Below, in pieces: positions 10,179-20,500 of a DNA stretch of 48,729 nucleotides. How positions within the stretch are numbered: position 1 is the first letter of the stretch; each line of letters starts with the position of its first letter. The stretch is from Thermodesulfobacteriota bacterium (lineage in GTDB: Bacteria > Desulfobacterota > Binatia > HRBIN30 > CADEER01): NCBI GenBank assembly GCA_041743795.1, contig JBGTMF010000512.1, positions 1 to 48,729 on the forward strand, in the 5' to 3' direction. A model generated the notes under the pieces. It ran no database searches and was not told where the DNA came from. It was given only the letters and a program-made list of their open reading frames with translations. The position numbers were made by a program, and so were the translations under genes.

Positions 10179-11195
10179 ATGTCGATCAGGTCTGCTGCCA
10201 AATTCGTTCTCTTTTCGTTTGTGATATCCAGCACCGCGCTGGCCGCCGATTCGGTCGGTACGTTGCGCCTCGCCTCCGACGTCTGGCCGCCGTTCACCGA
10301 CGTCGACGGAAAGGCCCGGGTGGCGATCGACCTGGTGCACGAGGCACTGCGACGCACCGGCGTCGCCGCGAGCAGCGAGGTACGCACGAATTTCCGCGAC
10401 GTCGTCGAAGCGCTGCAGAGCGGCGAGGTCGACGGTACCGCCGCGCTATGGCACAGCTCCGAGCGCGCCGCTTTTCTGCTGTTCTCGAGGCCCTACTTGG
10501 AGAATCGCTTGATCTTGGTTGGCCCCAAGGGCAGTGACCTCAGCGCCACCAGCCTGGCGGCGCTCGCCGGCAAGCGGGTGGCCGTCGTCGCGACGTACGC
10601 CTACGGGGAGTCGATGAAGAGTGCCGATGGGCCGCGTTTCATCGAAGGTGAAAGCGACGGTGACAACCTGCAGAGACTGGTGCGAGGGGAGGTCGACTAT
10701 GTGCTCGCCGACGAGTTACTGGTTCACCACCTCTTCGCGCGCTACGAAGCGAAGGCGCGGCGCCTGCTGCAGGTCGGCAGCCGACCGCTGGTAGTGCGGT
10801 CGCTGCACTTTGCCGTGCGTCGCGATTACCCAGACGCGGAGAAGATCATCGACGGATTCAACGCCGAGGTCCGCCGCATGATCGTCGACGGATCCTACAA
10901 TAGAACCCTGCAAATGGAGTGGATCCAGGCCGACGTCGACGGCGACGGCAAACTAGAACTGGTTCTCGGCGGCCGCGAGGCCGGCACCAAGCCCCCGATC
11001 AGCGGCTACGAAGTCTTCTCTACCGAGGAGCCTTCCGAGGGAGTACTGGAACGCCTGAAAGTGAGCTACTTCATCGCCGGGCAAAAGTACGACGACTGGG
11101 AGAAGGTGCCGCCCGAATACAAGATCCCGGCCAAACACGCCCTCGAACACGGCATGGAAACCGGCCGCCCTGGCATCGTACTATTCGAGTTCTGA
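10179..11195 (+). CDS. extracytoplasmic substrate-binding protein (family 3-like) with C-terminal extension
   Basis: Signal peptide, SDVWPPF, G.VDG, ERAAFLLFSRPY, DGSY; then DVDGDG-containing tail. Confidence 0.75.
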   Translation: MSIRSAAKFVLFSFVISSTALAADSVGTLRLASDVWPPFTDVDGKARVAIDLVHEALRRTGVAASSEVRTNFRDVVEALQSGEVDGTAALWHSSERAAFLLFSRPYLENRLILVGPKGSDLSATSLAALAGKRVAVVATYAYGESMKSADGPRFIEGESDGDNLQRLVRGEVDYVLADELLVHHLFARYEAKARRLLQVGSRPLVVRSLHFAVRRDYPDAEKIIDGFNAEVRRMIVDGSYNRTLQMEWIQADVDGDGKLELVLGGREAGTKPPISGYEVFSTEEPSEGVLERLKVSYFIAGQKYDDWEKVPPEYKIPAKHALEHGMETGRPGIVLFEF

Positions 11196-11394
11196 GAACT
11201 TCGAATAGGCGCGATGCCGCGGAGATGCCGATGTCTCGAGCCCTCGCCATCATCCTCTCAACCCGGTGATTCAGTCGACACAATTCACCGCGTCGCGTCC
11301 TTTCACCGCGCATGGAGGAGGGAATGTAGACTACCTCTCCTGCGTGGGGGAGAAAAAGGAACACTCTACCGTGTGAATGCGGAGGCGGTTTTTC

Positions 11395-12594
11395 ATGGCA
11401 AACTTCAAAGGCACGATCGGCATCCTTACGGGCGGCGGCGACGTTCCCGGGCTCAACCCGGCAATTCGCGCCGTCACCATTCGCGCACTGCGAGAAGGGT
11501 ACAAGGTCATCGGCATCCGCCGCGGTTGGGCCGGCCTCGTCGATGTCTTGCCGGATGAGAAGGCGGACAATGACGACAATTTTCGGGAGTTGACGGAGGA
11601 TATCGTCGACCGAGCCGGGCGCACCGGCGGAACCTTCCTGCACACTTCGCGCACCCGCCCCAGCCACCTGCCGAAAGCAGTCGTGCCTCCACATCTGCGT
11701 GCCACCTACGACGACGAGATCAACGATGTGACGGCTACCGTGCTCGAAAACCTGCGCTGGCTCGGCATCGACTACCTCATTCCCATCGGCGGTGACGACA
11801 CACTGAGCTACGCCTACCGTCTGCACGGTGAAGGCATCAAGGTCGTAGCGATCCCGAAGACGATGGACAACGACGTGCCCGGCACCGACTACTGCATCGG
11901 CTTCGGCACCTGCGTCACACGCACCATCGAGATGACGCACACGCTGCGCACCTCCGCGGGGTCGCACGAGAGATTCCTGGTCATCGAGGTCTTCGGCCGC
12001 TACGCCGGCTACACTGCATTGCTACCTACCATGGCCGGCGCGGCGGATCGCTGCGTCATTCCGGAACACGAGTTCGATATCGACCAGTTGGCCGAGCTGC
12101 TCGTCTACGACCGCAACCGGCATCCGAGCAAGTATTCGGTCGTGCTCGTTTCCGAAGGTGCCAAGATCAAGGGACAGGACGAGATGGCGTTCGAAGGCGC
12201 CGAGACAGATCAATACGGCCACCGCAAGCTCGGCGGCATCGGCGACCGCGTGGCAGCTCGCCTGAAGGATCTGTCGGCCAAGTACAACAACGGAAGACTC
12301 ATCAATGTCGTCAATCAACGCCTCGGCTACCTCGTCCGTTGCGGCGCCCCGGATGCGCTTGATTCGATCATCCCCATGGCCTTCGGCAATCTGGCGCTCG
12401 ACTTGCTGCTCGAAGGCGTCTCCGGGCGCCTCGTCAGCATCCGCAACGGCGTCTATGACAACGTGCCGTTGGAGGTGGTGCATGGGCCGCACAAGGTGGT
12501 CGACGTAGCGAAGTACTACAACACCGAGCGCATGAGGCCCAATTACAAGACCTTCGAGCGCATGCCGCTCTTCATCATGACGAGTGACGTCTGA
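11395..12594 (+). CDS. pfp: 6-phosphofructokinase, probably PPi-dependent
   Basis: GILTGGGDVPGLN, GGTFLHTSR, IGGDDT, PKTMDND, EVFGRYAG. Confidence 0.88.
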   Translation: MANFKGTIGILTGGGDVPGLNPAIRAVTIRALREGYKVIGIRRGWAGLVDVLPDEKADNDDNFRELTEDIVDRAGRTGGTFLHTSRTRPSHLPKAVVPPHLRATYDDEINDVTATVLENLRWLGIDYLIPIGGDDTLSYAYRLHGEGIKVVAIPKTMDNDVPGTDYCIGFGTCVTRTIEMTHTLRTSAGSHERFLVIEVFGRYAGYTALLPTMAGAADRCVIPEHEFDIDQLAELLVYDRNRHPSKYSVVLVSEGAKIKGQDEMAFEGAETDQYGHRKLGGIGDRVAARLKDLSAKYNNGRLINVVNQRLGYLVRCGAPDALDSIIPMAFGNLALDLLLEGVSGRLVSIRNGVYDNVPLEVVHGPHKVVDVAKYYNTERMRPNYKTFERMPLFIMTSDV

Positions 12595-13087
12595 CCGGCC
12601 GCTCGAATCAGGCCAGATCCTCCAGCGGAATAGCAGACGTATTGGCGGATCGCCTCGCGCGCCCGTGCCCGGCTTGTCGACATGGCGATTCATTGTTCGA
12701 GTGAAAAGCGATAGTCCGTCGCGTATTGGTCACCTGACTAACAAAACCCAGAGTCGAAGAACAATTCGAAGAGGAGTCGACGGCCGACTCCCCGCGCCGC
12801 ACGTTCACGCCGCGGCTCGATGTGGTCCGCTGCGGCGCCCAACCTTCTCCCATGGCGGGAGAGATACTCTGCCATGTTCCGCCCAAGCGCTATCCAAATG
12901 CGGGCTATGCACGCCGAGTGGATTCTTGTAAGCGTCATTGCTGTCGTGGCCGTTGCGTCAGATTCCCGCTTGGTCAGACTCTTCGCCGGGCACGGCAGAA
13001 TTGACAAGAGGCTTCCATCGGGTCTCTCCTCCTTGCAAGGTTACTTCCCGAGAATTGAGAGCGCAGCACGACCCGGTTGACACGGCG

Positions 13088-14200
13088 ATGTTCGAACACG
13101 AGGGGGAAAGCCGACGGATTCGGCTCGAGCATCGGCAGGCCGCAAGCTCGAAGAGCAAGCTTGTTCTCCTGTCGATCGTCTCAACGCTCGCATTGATCGG
13201 CGCGCTGGAGCTGTTCGCACGGCGACTGGATTCCAGGACTCTCGGCTTCCAATTCGATGGAAAGGAGTTTCGGCCACCACTCGAGTTTTTTCCGGATCTC
13301 ACGACCAATGCCCAAGGGTTCCACGACGTCGATTGGCCGCCTGCCGATGACGACTCGACTCGCGTCATTCTCCTCGGCGACTCGTACGTCGTCGGCTATT
13401 GGGTCGGAACTGCAAAAACGGTTGGGCAACGGCTGCAAGCCCACCTGACGAGCGGGTCGGGACGACGCCACGTCGTTTACTCGATCGCCAGCTCGGGATG
13501 GGGGCAGCGTCATGCGCTGCCTGCTTTGCGGCAGCACGGTAAGGCGCTGGATCCCGATTGGGTCGTCCACCTGGTCCTCTCTAGCAACGACATCCGCAAC
13601 AACGACCCCAAGTTGAACGCGCGCGGACTCCGAGAGATGGTGACGGGAGTCGGCGAAATTCCCGGCGTCGTCCGCATGCGAGCGGCAGATGCGCCGGGCC
13701 TGCTGTTCCCGGGATCGGTGCTCAATCAGCTCGTGTCCCACCGAGTCGCGCTTCTCAAACAGAAGAAGCCCACCGCCGTCCCATTGGACTACAGGGTGTA
13801 TGACAAGAATCCGGACCCTGCCTGGACGCGCGCCTGGGAAGAGACTTTTCGACTGCTCGACGAGATCAAAGAGGAGACCGAGCGCCTCGGAGCGCGCCTC
13901 CTGTTGGTCACTGCATCGACCCCGCACGGCGTGTTGGGACCGGAGGAGGGTCGCCGGCAACTGGAGGCCGCCTACCCCGCCCTGGTTGCGCTAGATATCG
14001 ACTTGGACCTTCCCGACCGACGGCTGGCCGAATACGCCCGCAGCCGCGGCATCGACTTCCTCCGCTTGGAGTCAGTCTTCCGCGACAGATCGCAAGGCCG
14101 CCGCGGAGCCTTTCACTGGGAGATCGACGGTCACTGGAATGCAGAGGGCAACGACTTGGCCGCATTGACGATCGCGGAACACCTACTGCCCCTCGAGTAG
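13088..14200 (+). CDS. membrane-anchored SGNH/GDSL hydrolase-family protein
   Basis: N-terminal TM, LGDS block I, SND block III, DGHWN block V; start uncertain. Confidence 0.8.
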   Translation: MFEHEGESRRIRLEHRQAASSKSKLVLLSIVSTLALIGALELFARRLDSRTLGFQFDGKEFRPPLEFFPDLTTNAQGFHDVDWPPADDDSTRVILLGDSYVVGYWVGTAKTVGQRLQAHLTSGSGRRHVVYSIASSGWGQRHALPALRQHGKALDPDWVVHLVLSSNDIRNNDPKLNARGLREMVTGVGEIPGVVRMRAADAPGLLFPGSVLNQLVSHRVALLKQKKPTAVPLDYRVYDKNPDPAWTRAWEETFRLLDEIKEETERLGARLLLVTASTPHGVLGPEEGRRQLEAAYPALVALDIDLDLPDRRLAEYARSRGIDFLRLESVFRDRSQGRRGAFHWEIDGHWNAEGNDLAALTIAEHLLPLE

Positions 14201-14243
14201 CGTCCTCCTCCGGGTGAGATTGTCGATTTTCTCCGAAACGAGG

Positions 14244-14319
14244 CTTCGACGAGCTCAGCCTGAGCGGCGGGAGAGTTGTTTTCAAAGAACTTTCTCCGCT
14301 CACCCTGAGCTTGTCGAAG
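14244..14319. repeat. REP doublet (inverted pair, REPIN/BIME-like)
   Basis: CTTCGACGAGCTCAGCCTGAGCGG (14244-14267) is a near-perfect inverted repeat of CCGCTCACCCTGAGCTTGTCGAAG (14296-14319), intergenic. Confidence 0.75.
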
Positions 14320-14515
14320 GGTGTTTCCACGTTTATCGACGGTCTCGGGTAGAGGAGTGAAGTAGAAGACTAACACCTTGCCCGCGGCTTCACCTGAGTG
14401 TCCTAAGGTCGGCCCATCCGCCCGGAGGAACAGAGGGCGGGGGTCGCGGTGGAACGATGCGGTTGGCCACGGTGCCGCCTCTGGACGAACCGATCTTCTC
14501 AGATAGCATCATTGC

Positions 14516-15091
14516 ATGAATACCAGACACCGGACGCGCGCGGCTCGCGCTTTCTCTCCTTGCCTGGCGATTGCCGCCGCGACCATGATTCTTGCCGGCT
14601 GCGCCACGCCGCGAAAACCTCCGCTGCAGTCGCTCGATCGCGAGATCGATCTGGCTCGGTTCATGGGTCGCTGGTACGTGCTCGGAAACATCCCGATCGA
14701 CAACTTCTTCGCCAGCGAAGCCGACGCCTACAACGCCGTCGAGGAGTACGAACTCGCCGACGACGGTACGATCCGCACGACCTTTACCTTCCGCGGGGGG
14801 AGTTTCGACGGCCCCCCAAAGAAGTTCGCGCCGACCGGTTTCGTGCATGACGAGCGCACCAACACCGAATGGCGCATGCAGTTCTTGTGGCCGTTCAAGT
14901 CCGCCTACCTGATCCTCTACCTCGACGAGAACTACGAGAAGACGATCGTCGGCGTCCCCGACCGCAGCCACGCCTGGATCATGGCGCGAACTCCGGAACT
15001 CCCCGGCGGCGAGTACGAGCAGCTCGTCAACGAGCTCCAACGCCAGGGCTACGATCTCACCGGCCTGCGCGAGGTGCCGCAACGCTGGTAA
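14516..15091 (+). CDS. blc: outer-membrane lipocalin lipoprotein
   Basis: Lipobox LAGC, DLARFMGRWY, QFLWPFK..Y.I, WIMARTP. Confidence 0.9.
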   Translation: MNTRHRTRAARAFSPCLAIAAATMILAGCATPRKPPLQSLDREIDLARFMGRWYVLGNIPIDNFFASEADAYNAVEEYELADDGTIRTTFTFRGGSFDGPPKKFAPTGFVHDERTNTEWRMQFLWPFKSAYLILYLDENYEKTIVGVPDRSHAWIMARTPELPGGEYEQLVNELQRQGYDLTGLREVPQRW

Positions 15092-15257
15092 CATAGCCTC
15101 GAGGGACAATCGGTCTGACCAGCACAAGACCTACGTGTTCGACTGCCCATTCTATTCTGCTCGGAGTCGACCCGGGCGAAGGGAACAGCCGAGGAGACGA
15201 GCAAGCCTGCCGCGGCGCCTCTGGTGATTTTGGCGTCGATCTGGTACGCGAACGCGC

Positions 15258-15977
15258 ATGAAGATGGACTGGCGCGGAGTGGCGACTGTCAGCGGACGAG
15301 TAGGGCGAGGGCTTGCCGCCTGGCTTTGTGGATTCGTCGTCACCGGGTGCGGGCTGAACGTCGACATCATGTCGACGCCGAACCCGGCGATGGTCGGCGT
15401 GCCGGTCGAGATGAAGGTGACCGTCGAGAACACCAACGGTCCCTGCACGGTCGACAACATCGAGATCTGCATCTTCCCGTTCTCAGAGTTGACAGCCGAG
15501 CAGCAGGAGCTACTGGCGGTGGCCGAGCAGGCGAAGGCCGAGGCGGTCGCCGGATCCGCCACCGGCCTGAGCTTGCCGAGCATGACGTTTTGCGACTTGG
15601 ATATCGCTTCGCAAGCCGCGGCGGCGGTCGCCTTGCCGGCGAACGGCGTAGTCTGCACGGCTCCCAACGGCAACGAACCGGTCGCCTGCACCCTCGGCCC
15701 GCTGACTCCCGGGCAGAGCACATCGTTCACGATCACCGTCACGCCATCCAAGACCGGCTCGTTCGTCAATCTCGTCGACGCGTCAGGCGAAGTCGTCGGC
15801 AACGGCGACTGCGCGCTGCAGTCCGCCTTCGACTTCGACAGCGAGATCATCGCCGTCTCCTCCGGCGTCGCCGCACCGGTGTTCTCCGGCAACGCGATGA
15901 TCTTGGTGATGACTGCGCTCTTCGGCCTCGGCGTTTGGCGTTTGCGGCGCCGGCAGGACAGTACCGGGCCGAGCTGA
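15258..15977 (+). CDS. secreted lipoprotein with DUF11-like Ig domain and C-terminal TM sorting-like tail
   Basis: VTGC lipobox, PNPAMVG, CTLGPLTPGQSTSFTITVTP, C-term APVFS-hydrophobic-RLRRR. Confidence 0.65.
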   Translation: MKMDWRGVATVSGRVGRGLAAWLCGFVVTGCGLNVDIMSTPNPAMVGVPVEMKVTVENTNGPCTVDNIEICIFPFSELTAEQQELLAVAEQAKAEAVAGSATGLSLPSMTFCDLDIASQAAAAVALPANGVVCTAPNGNEPVACTLGPLTPGQSTSFTITVTPSKTGSFVNLVDASGEVVGNGDCALQSAFDFDSEIIAVSSGVAAPVFSGNAMILVMTALFGLGVWRLRRRQDSTGPS

Positions 15978-16105
15978 AGGTCGGCGGTGGGCCGCCGGCG
16001 TCAAAGCCAGCTCCACCCGAAGATGATCTCAAGGTGCCGGCGAACGCCGGCACGCCGACTCGAACAGCTCGGCGAGCGCCATATGGGAAGTTCGAGCGGA
16101 AGCCC

Positions 16106-16198
16106 TTGCTCGGCAGCGGACGAAAGTTCGAAGACCGCGGCGAGCACTCCCTCGAGGGAATCGATGGCCGCTGGAAGCTCTACGAGGTCCACGCGTAG
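16106..16198 (+). pseudogene. orphan 3' end of class III adenylate/guanylate cyclase
   Basis: LLGSGRKFEDRGEHSLEGIDGRWKLYEV* resembles the conserved cyclase C-terminus (GSG..F.DRGEH.LKG..G.W.LY); no matching upstream part. Confidence 0.6.
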
Positions 16199-16246
16199 CA
16201 GCCCGTTGACGAACAAGACGCGGACGGAGCAAGGAGGCATGTGCGA

Positions 16247-17026
16247 ATGAGTGACGAGACGAGTTTTGAAACGCTGAGTGCAACGGAGGTGGACGCGCTG
16301 GGTCGGTTGACCTTGAACAGGCCCGACAAACTGAATCCGCTGTCCGCGCAGACGCTGCTCGACATCGCCGCGGCTGCGCGCTGGTTCGACACACGGCGCT
16401 CGGTGAAGGTCGTCGTCGTCCGCGGCGCCGGCCGCGCCTTTTCGGCCGGCGCCGATCTCGGTGGCTTCGCCGGTCCGCAGGACCTGACGATTCGCGATGC
16501 CGCGGATCTCGGCCGAGAGATGGCGGACGCGATGGAGCGGATGCGGGCGGTAAGCATCGCCGCCATCCACGGATGGTGTGTCGGCGGCGGGATGGTGTTG
16601 GCCGCGGCGTGCGATCTGCGAGTCGCCAGCGACGACGCGAGATTCTCGATCCCTGAGGTCGACCTCGGACTTCCCTTGGCGTGGGGCGGCGTACCGCGAT
16701 TGGTGCGCGAGATCGGCCCCGCCCGGACCAAAGAGTTGATCATGACTTGTCGCGCGTTCGATGCCGTCGAGGCCGCGGCTATTGGGTTCGTCAACCGCGT
16801 CGTCCCCGCGGCCGACCTGGTAGGCGAGGTCGACGCGCTCGCCCGCTCGCTCGCCGCGAAGCCGGCGCACGCCCTGCTGTCCACCAAGCGGCACGTCAAC
16901 GCCGTGACCGACCAGATGGTGGGGACGATGCGCAGCTGGGCCGACGCCGACGGCCTCGTAACCGCATTCGGCGACGCGGAGTGCGACGAAGCCAGGCGTG
17001 TCTATCTGCGCCGCCGCCGTTCGTGA
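16247..17026 (+). CDS. enoyl-CoA hydratase/isomerase family
   Basis: LNRPDKLNPL, GRAFSAGADL, HGWCVGGG, FSIPEVDLG; AGGAGG RBS. Confidence 0.9.
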   Translation: MSDETSFETLSATEVDALGRLTLNRPDKLNPLSAQTLLDIAAAARWFDTRRSVKVVVVRGAGRAFSAGADLGGFAGPQDLTIRDAADLGREMADAMERMRAVSIAAIHGWCVGGGMVLAAACDLRVASDDARFSIPEVDLGLPLAWGGVPRLVREIGPARTKELIMTCRAFDAVEAAAIGFVNRVVPAADLVGEVDALARSLAAKPAHALLSTKRHVNAVTDQMVGTMRSWADADGLVTAFGDAECDEARRVYLRRRRS

Positions 17027-17160
17027 CGAATGCTCACCACGATCGCGCCCTGCGCCGGCTGAGACTATCGGGCCTTATCCACCATGGGTGTCAGGATGCA
17101 TCCTCGCAGTCACTCCGGGGCAAGAGCGGGCGGGCGAGCGGATAGTGTCGCGGGTACCGC

Positions 17161-17349
17161 TCATTCATCGCTTCGCGTCCGGCCGTCGTCGCCGCGCCGG
17201 TCCGGATGCTGGTAGCGTTCGATGATCGCATGGGCTTCGGCGATCTCGCGGGTCAGCAGGAGTGTCAGCACAACCCGGATGGCTACGATCGCGGCCAGGA
17301 CACCGACGCTGGTCCAATCCGGATGCAGCACCGTCGCGATCAGATCGGC
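17161..17349 (-). pseudogene. 3' fragment of DUF1622 membrane protein
   Basis: ADLIATVLHPDWTSVGVLAAIVAIRVVLTLLLTREI resembles the DUF1622 C-terminal half; 5' part replaced by PT-linker sequence. Confidence 0.65.
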
Positions 17350-17843
17350 GTCGCTGTCGGCGTGTCCGTGCTGGTCGGCGTCGCGGTCAGCGTGGCAGTC
17401 ACGGTAGGCGTCGCGGTGGGGGTGGTGGTAGGGGTGGGCTCTCCGCACAGGGAGGTGGCGCGGGAGCGAGCGATGTATATGTCGCCGGTGAGAGTGCCGA
17501 TGCCTGGCAGGACGATGTCGAGTTCGACGTGGATGGCGCTGACGGTCAGGGTCAGGGAGTCGATGCCGTTACCGCTCTCCACCTGCTCGTTGAGCACCAC
17601 TCTCACTCCCTGGGGTGTCGAGCAGTACGGTGTTGGGAGCGGGGTTGACGGCGATGTTCAGTCCGACGCCCAGACTGCCGCCGACGGTGGCGGTCTCGAT
17701 CGTGGTCGTGCCGGTGGAACTCAGGGTGCCGCAGCACCCCGTCACCTCGGCGCTGCTCGCCACCGTGTCGGCGTCGATGGTGAGCAGTGGTGAGAGCGAG
17801 AAGACGTCGATCTCGAGGTCGTTGACGGTGGCATTGGCCGCAG
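17340..17843 (-). pseudogene. truncated, frameshifted choice-of-anchor-P-like surface protein fragment with PT linker
   Basis: ...NPAPNTVLLDT then frame change near 17610 to GVRVVLNEQ...TVSAIHVEL...DIYIARS then PTPTTTPTATP; upstream in-frame stop, no signal peptide. Confidence 0.6.
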
Positions 17844-18058
17844 GGGTAAGCGGTTGGCCTTTTGGAGTGGGGCTGGGGCTCTGGCTTCGTATTGACTATC
17901 TGACCTGCAGCATGACATCTGTGCTTCGGTCGAACAGTTCGTGAGCAGATGGCGTGGCGCTGCTGAAGTAACACCGCTTGATGCCGACAGAGGAGGCTCG
18001 AATGGCGAGAGTCACATTGCAAAATGCGTCGCTCGGAGGCCGCGGTCATGGGCTTACG

Positions 18059-19804
18059 ATGGAAACGGATGAGCAGAGGGCGGCCAGTCGCGATCGCCGG
18101 CCGGTGCGACGCCAAAGCAAGCTACGCGTGGCGATTCTCGCCGCGATCGGGCTTATGGCTTATGCACATTCGTTCGCTCCAGTTGCACGGGGCGAGATCG
18201 ACATCAGCGGCGGCTGGCAAGCCAACATCTTGTGCATTGGGAACACCACCATCATCCAGACGTTGTACTTTTCGGAGAGCGTGTCGCCGGGATTTTTCCC
18301 CTTTTCTCTGGGGCCGGCCTGCGGAACCCTCGAGTTCGAGGGGCCGGTGCGGCCTCTCGCCGACTGCTCGGCCCAGCCTGGCGTGCAAGGAGGGGTCAGC
18401 GGATCGAGCTTCAGCCTCCCGCCGACGGGAGGCTTCGGATTCACCGGGATTCTGGCTGATCCATACGCTTCGCCGAGCTTTCCTATGTGTGACTCCTTTA
18501 CTCGATACGACGTCCAGCTCCGCATCACCGGAACGATTCAGACTGACGGTGCGGACCGCGCGACTCGAATCGATGGGCAGTGGGACGCCCTGAGCTACTC
18601 GCTCTACAATTCCGACGCGCAGTTTTGCGCGTCAGGCGGGTGTCCCGATAACTGCTGCACGTTGACGTTGCTGCGGAACGACGTCACTCCCGGCGCGAAC
18701 CAAACTGCATCGCCGTACGAGGGCGCTAGCGTCACCTTCGCCGCTGTTGCAACCGGAGGGAACGTTGTCATAACGCCGCTCAACGAACCCGCGGCCCTGC
18801 TTCCCGCCAACTTTCAGATCCTCGATACCCCGATCTTTTTCGACGTTACGACGACGGCTGAGATTACTGCGCCGATCGCCGTCTGTCTTCCCTACCCGGA
18901 TGCCAACCACGACGGCTTCGTCGATGGAACCACTCCTCTTATCGACGAGACGACCCTGCTGCTCCTGCACGAGGAGGATGGCGTGTTCGTCGATCGGACG
19001 AGCAGCCGCGACACGGCGGCGAACGTGATCTGTGCGCAGGTCGACTCGCTCTCTCAGTTTATCTTCGGGGCGGCTGCTGCGCCCTGCGGCGACGGCCATC
19101 TCGATCCGGGCGAGGACTGCGATCTCGGTGCGGGGCTCAACGGTTCCCCGACGTCTTGCTGTACAGCGCTTTGTACGCTCAGGCCGAGCGATGAGGTTTG
19201 CCGGCTTGCCGCGGAAGAGTGTGATCTGCAAGAGACCTGCACCGGTACTTCACCCATCTGTCCGGCCGATGAGTCCGCATCTGCAGGCACATCCTGCGCC
19301 GATGGCACCAGCCCCTGCATCGTGGGAACATGCGACGGCTTGGGGATCTGTGTGACCGCCCCGGTAGCCGACGGTACGTCCTGCGATGACGGGCTGAGTT
19401 GTAACGGCTCGGACTTGTGTCTCGACGGCGTCTGCCTGCATACCGAGGCCAACTGCGCGGTGGTGGCTCCCCACGGTAGCTACAAGTGCTACAAGGCCAA
19501 GGACCTCAAGAACCCGCCGTTTCAGAAGATCAAGAAGCCGGGCATCTCACTCGGCGATGCGTTCATGCTGGACCCCGATGTCACCGTGGTGAAGCCATTT
19601 CACTATTGCGAGCCCGCCGACGTGGACGGCGGTGGCTTCGGAGACTCGCCAGCGCCCCTTTGCTGCTACAAGGTCAGGGGCCGCAAAGTGTTGCCTCCAC
19701 CGACCGTGGCAACCAGCGATGGCTTCGGCGATCTGTCCCTTCTGTTGAGAAAGCCCGATCTTCTCTGCCAGCCGTGCAGCGCGAACATCGCGCCTGCACA
19801 ATAA
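18059..19804 (+). CDS. secreted multidomain Cys-rich protein (disintegrin-like/myxococcal Cys-rich repeats)
   Basis: Signal-like hydrophobic stretch, CGDGHLDPGEDCD, CRLAAEECDLQETCTGTSPICP, C-terminal YKCYKAKD...LCCYKV domain; start uncertain. Confidence 0.75.
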   Translation: METDEQRAASRDRRPVRRQSKLRVAILAAIGLMAYAHSFAPVARGEIDISGGWQANILCIGNTTIIQTLYFSESVSPGFFPFSLGPACGTLEFEGPVRPLADCSAQPGVQGGVSGSSFSLPPTGGFGFTGILADPYASPSFPMCDSFTRYDVQLRITGTIQTDGADRATRIDGQWDALSYSLYNSDAQFCASGGCPDNCCTLTLLRNDVTPGANQTASPYEGASVTFAAVATGGNVVITPLNEPAALLPANFQILDTPIFFDVTTTAEITAPIAVCLPYPDANHDGFVDGTTPLIDETTLLLLHEEDGVFVDRTSSRDTAANVICAQVDSLSQFIFGAAAAPCGDGHLDPGEDCDLGAGLNGSPTSCCTALCTLRPSDEVCRLAAEECDLQETCTGTSPICPADESASAGTSCADGTSPCIVGTCDGLGICVTAPVADGTSCDDGLSCNGSDLCLDGVCLHTEANCAVVAPHGSYKCYKAKDLKNPPFQKIKKPGISLGDAFMLDPDVTVVKPFHYCEPADVDGGGFGDSPAPLCCYKVRGRKVLPPPTVATSDGFGDLSLLLRKPDLLCQPCSANIAPAQ

Positions 19805-20036
19805 GCTGCACGAGCGGGAGATTGCCGAACCGGAAAAGGCTTTGATCTTCTCTCCGCCAACAGAACGGCTGCGACAATGAGAACACCCGAGCCGGAGAGA
19901 CGGCCAACGCAGGTTGAACTGCGCTCACAAGATGATGATCTACAAAGGTCGCGGCGCGCGACCTCGAGTGTGGATTCGGTTTGCCGGGATTTGCGATTGG
20001 ACGGCATCTGGAAGCCGCTGATTGCGAGGTGAGCGT

Positions 20037-20074
20037 TTTGAAGGCTCACAGTCCGGAGACTGTGAGCCTTCAAA
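20037..20074. repeat. perfect 17-bp hairpin
   Basis: TTTGAAGGCTCACAGTC-CGGA-GACTGTGAGCCTTCAAA in intergenic region. Confidence 0.8.
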
Positions 20075-20500
20075 GACAATCGTGTCGCACCAGCCTGCTA
20101 CAGATGAGTCAGTTTCCGACGGTCGTTATGATGTCCGCAACGCGACATCTGAGCGCGTCAACCTGAGTCGACGCTGCGATCCCCAGCGGATTCTGGGCCA
20201 GGTCGACCACATCCCCGCTGTCGGGATCGTCCGTACAATCCACGGGCGCGGGTCGCACGTAGTAGTACGCGCGCACTCCTACGCACGTAGTCTACCGACC
20301 TTTCATCCGTCGCACCCTCTTCGATACAAACGCGTCATGACTTTCGACGCACATTGCTCCGCTAGGGGCGTCTCACCCGGCATGATGCAACCCCGAGGAT
20401 CCCGCCGATTCTGTCTGCAGTACAACAGCGCCATGGCCAATTCGGTAGAGGCGGGGCAGCGAATCCCCTTTTTAGGCCGCCGAGGACACAGGGGTCTCCC

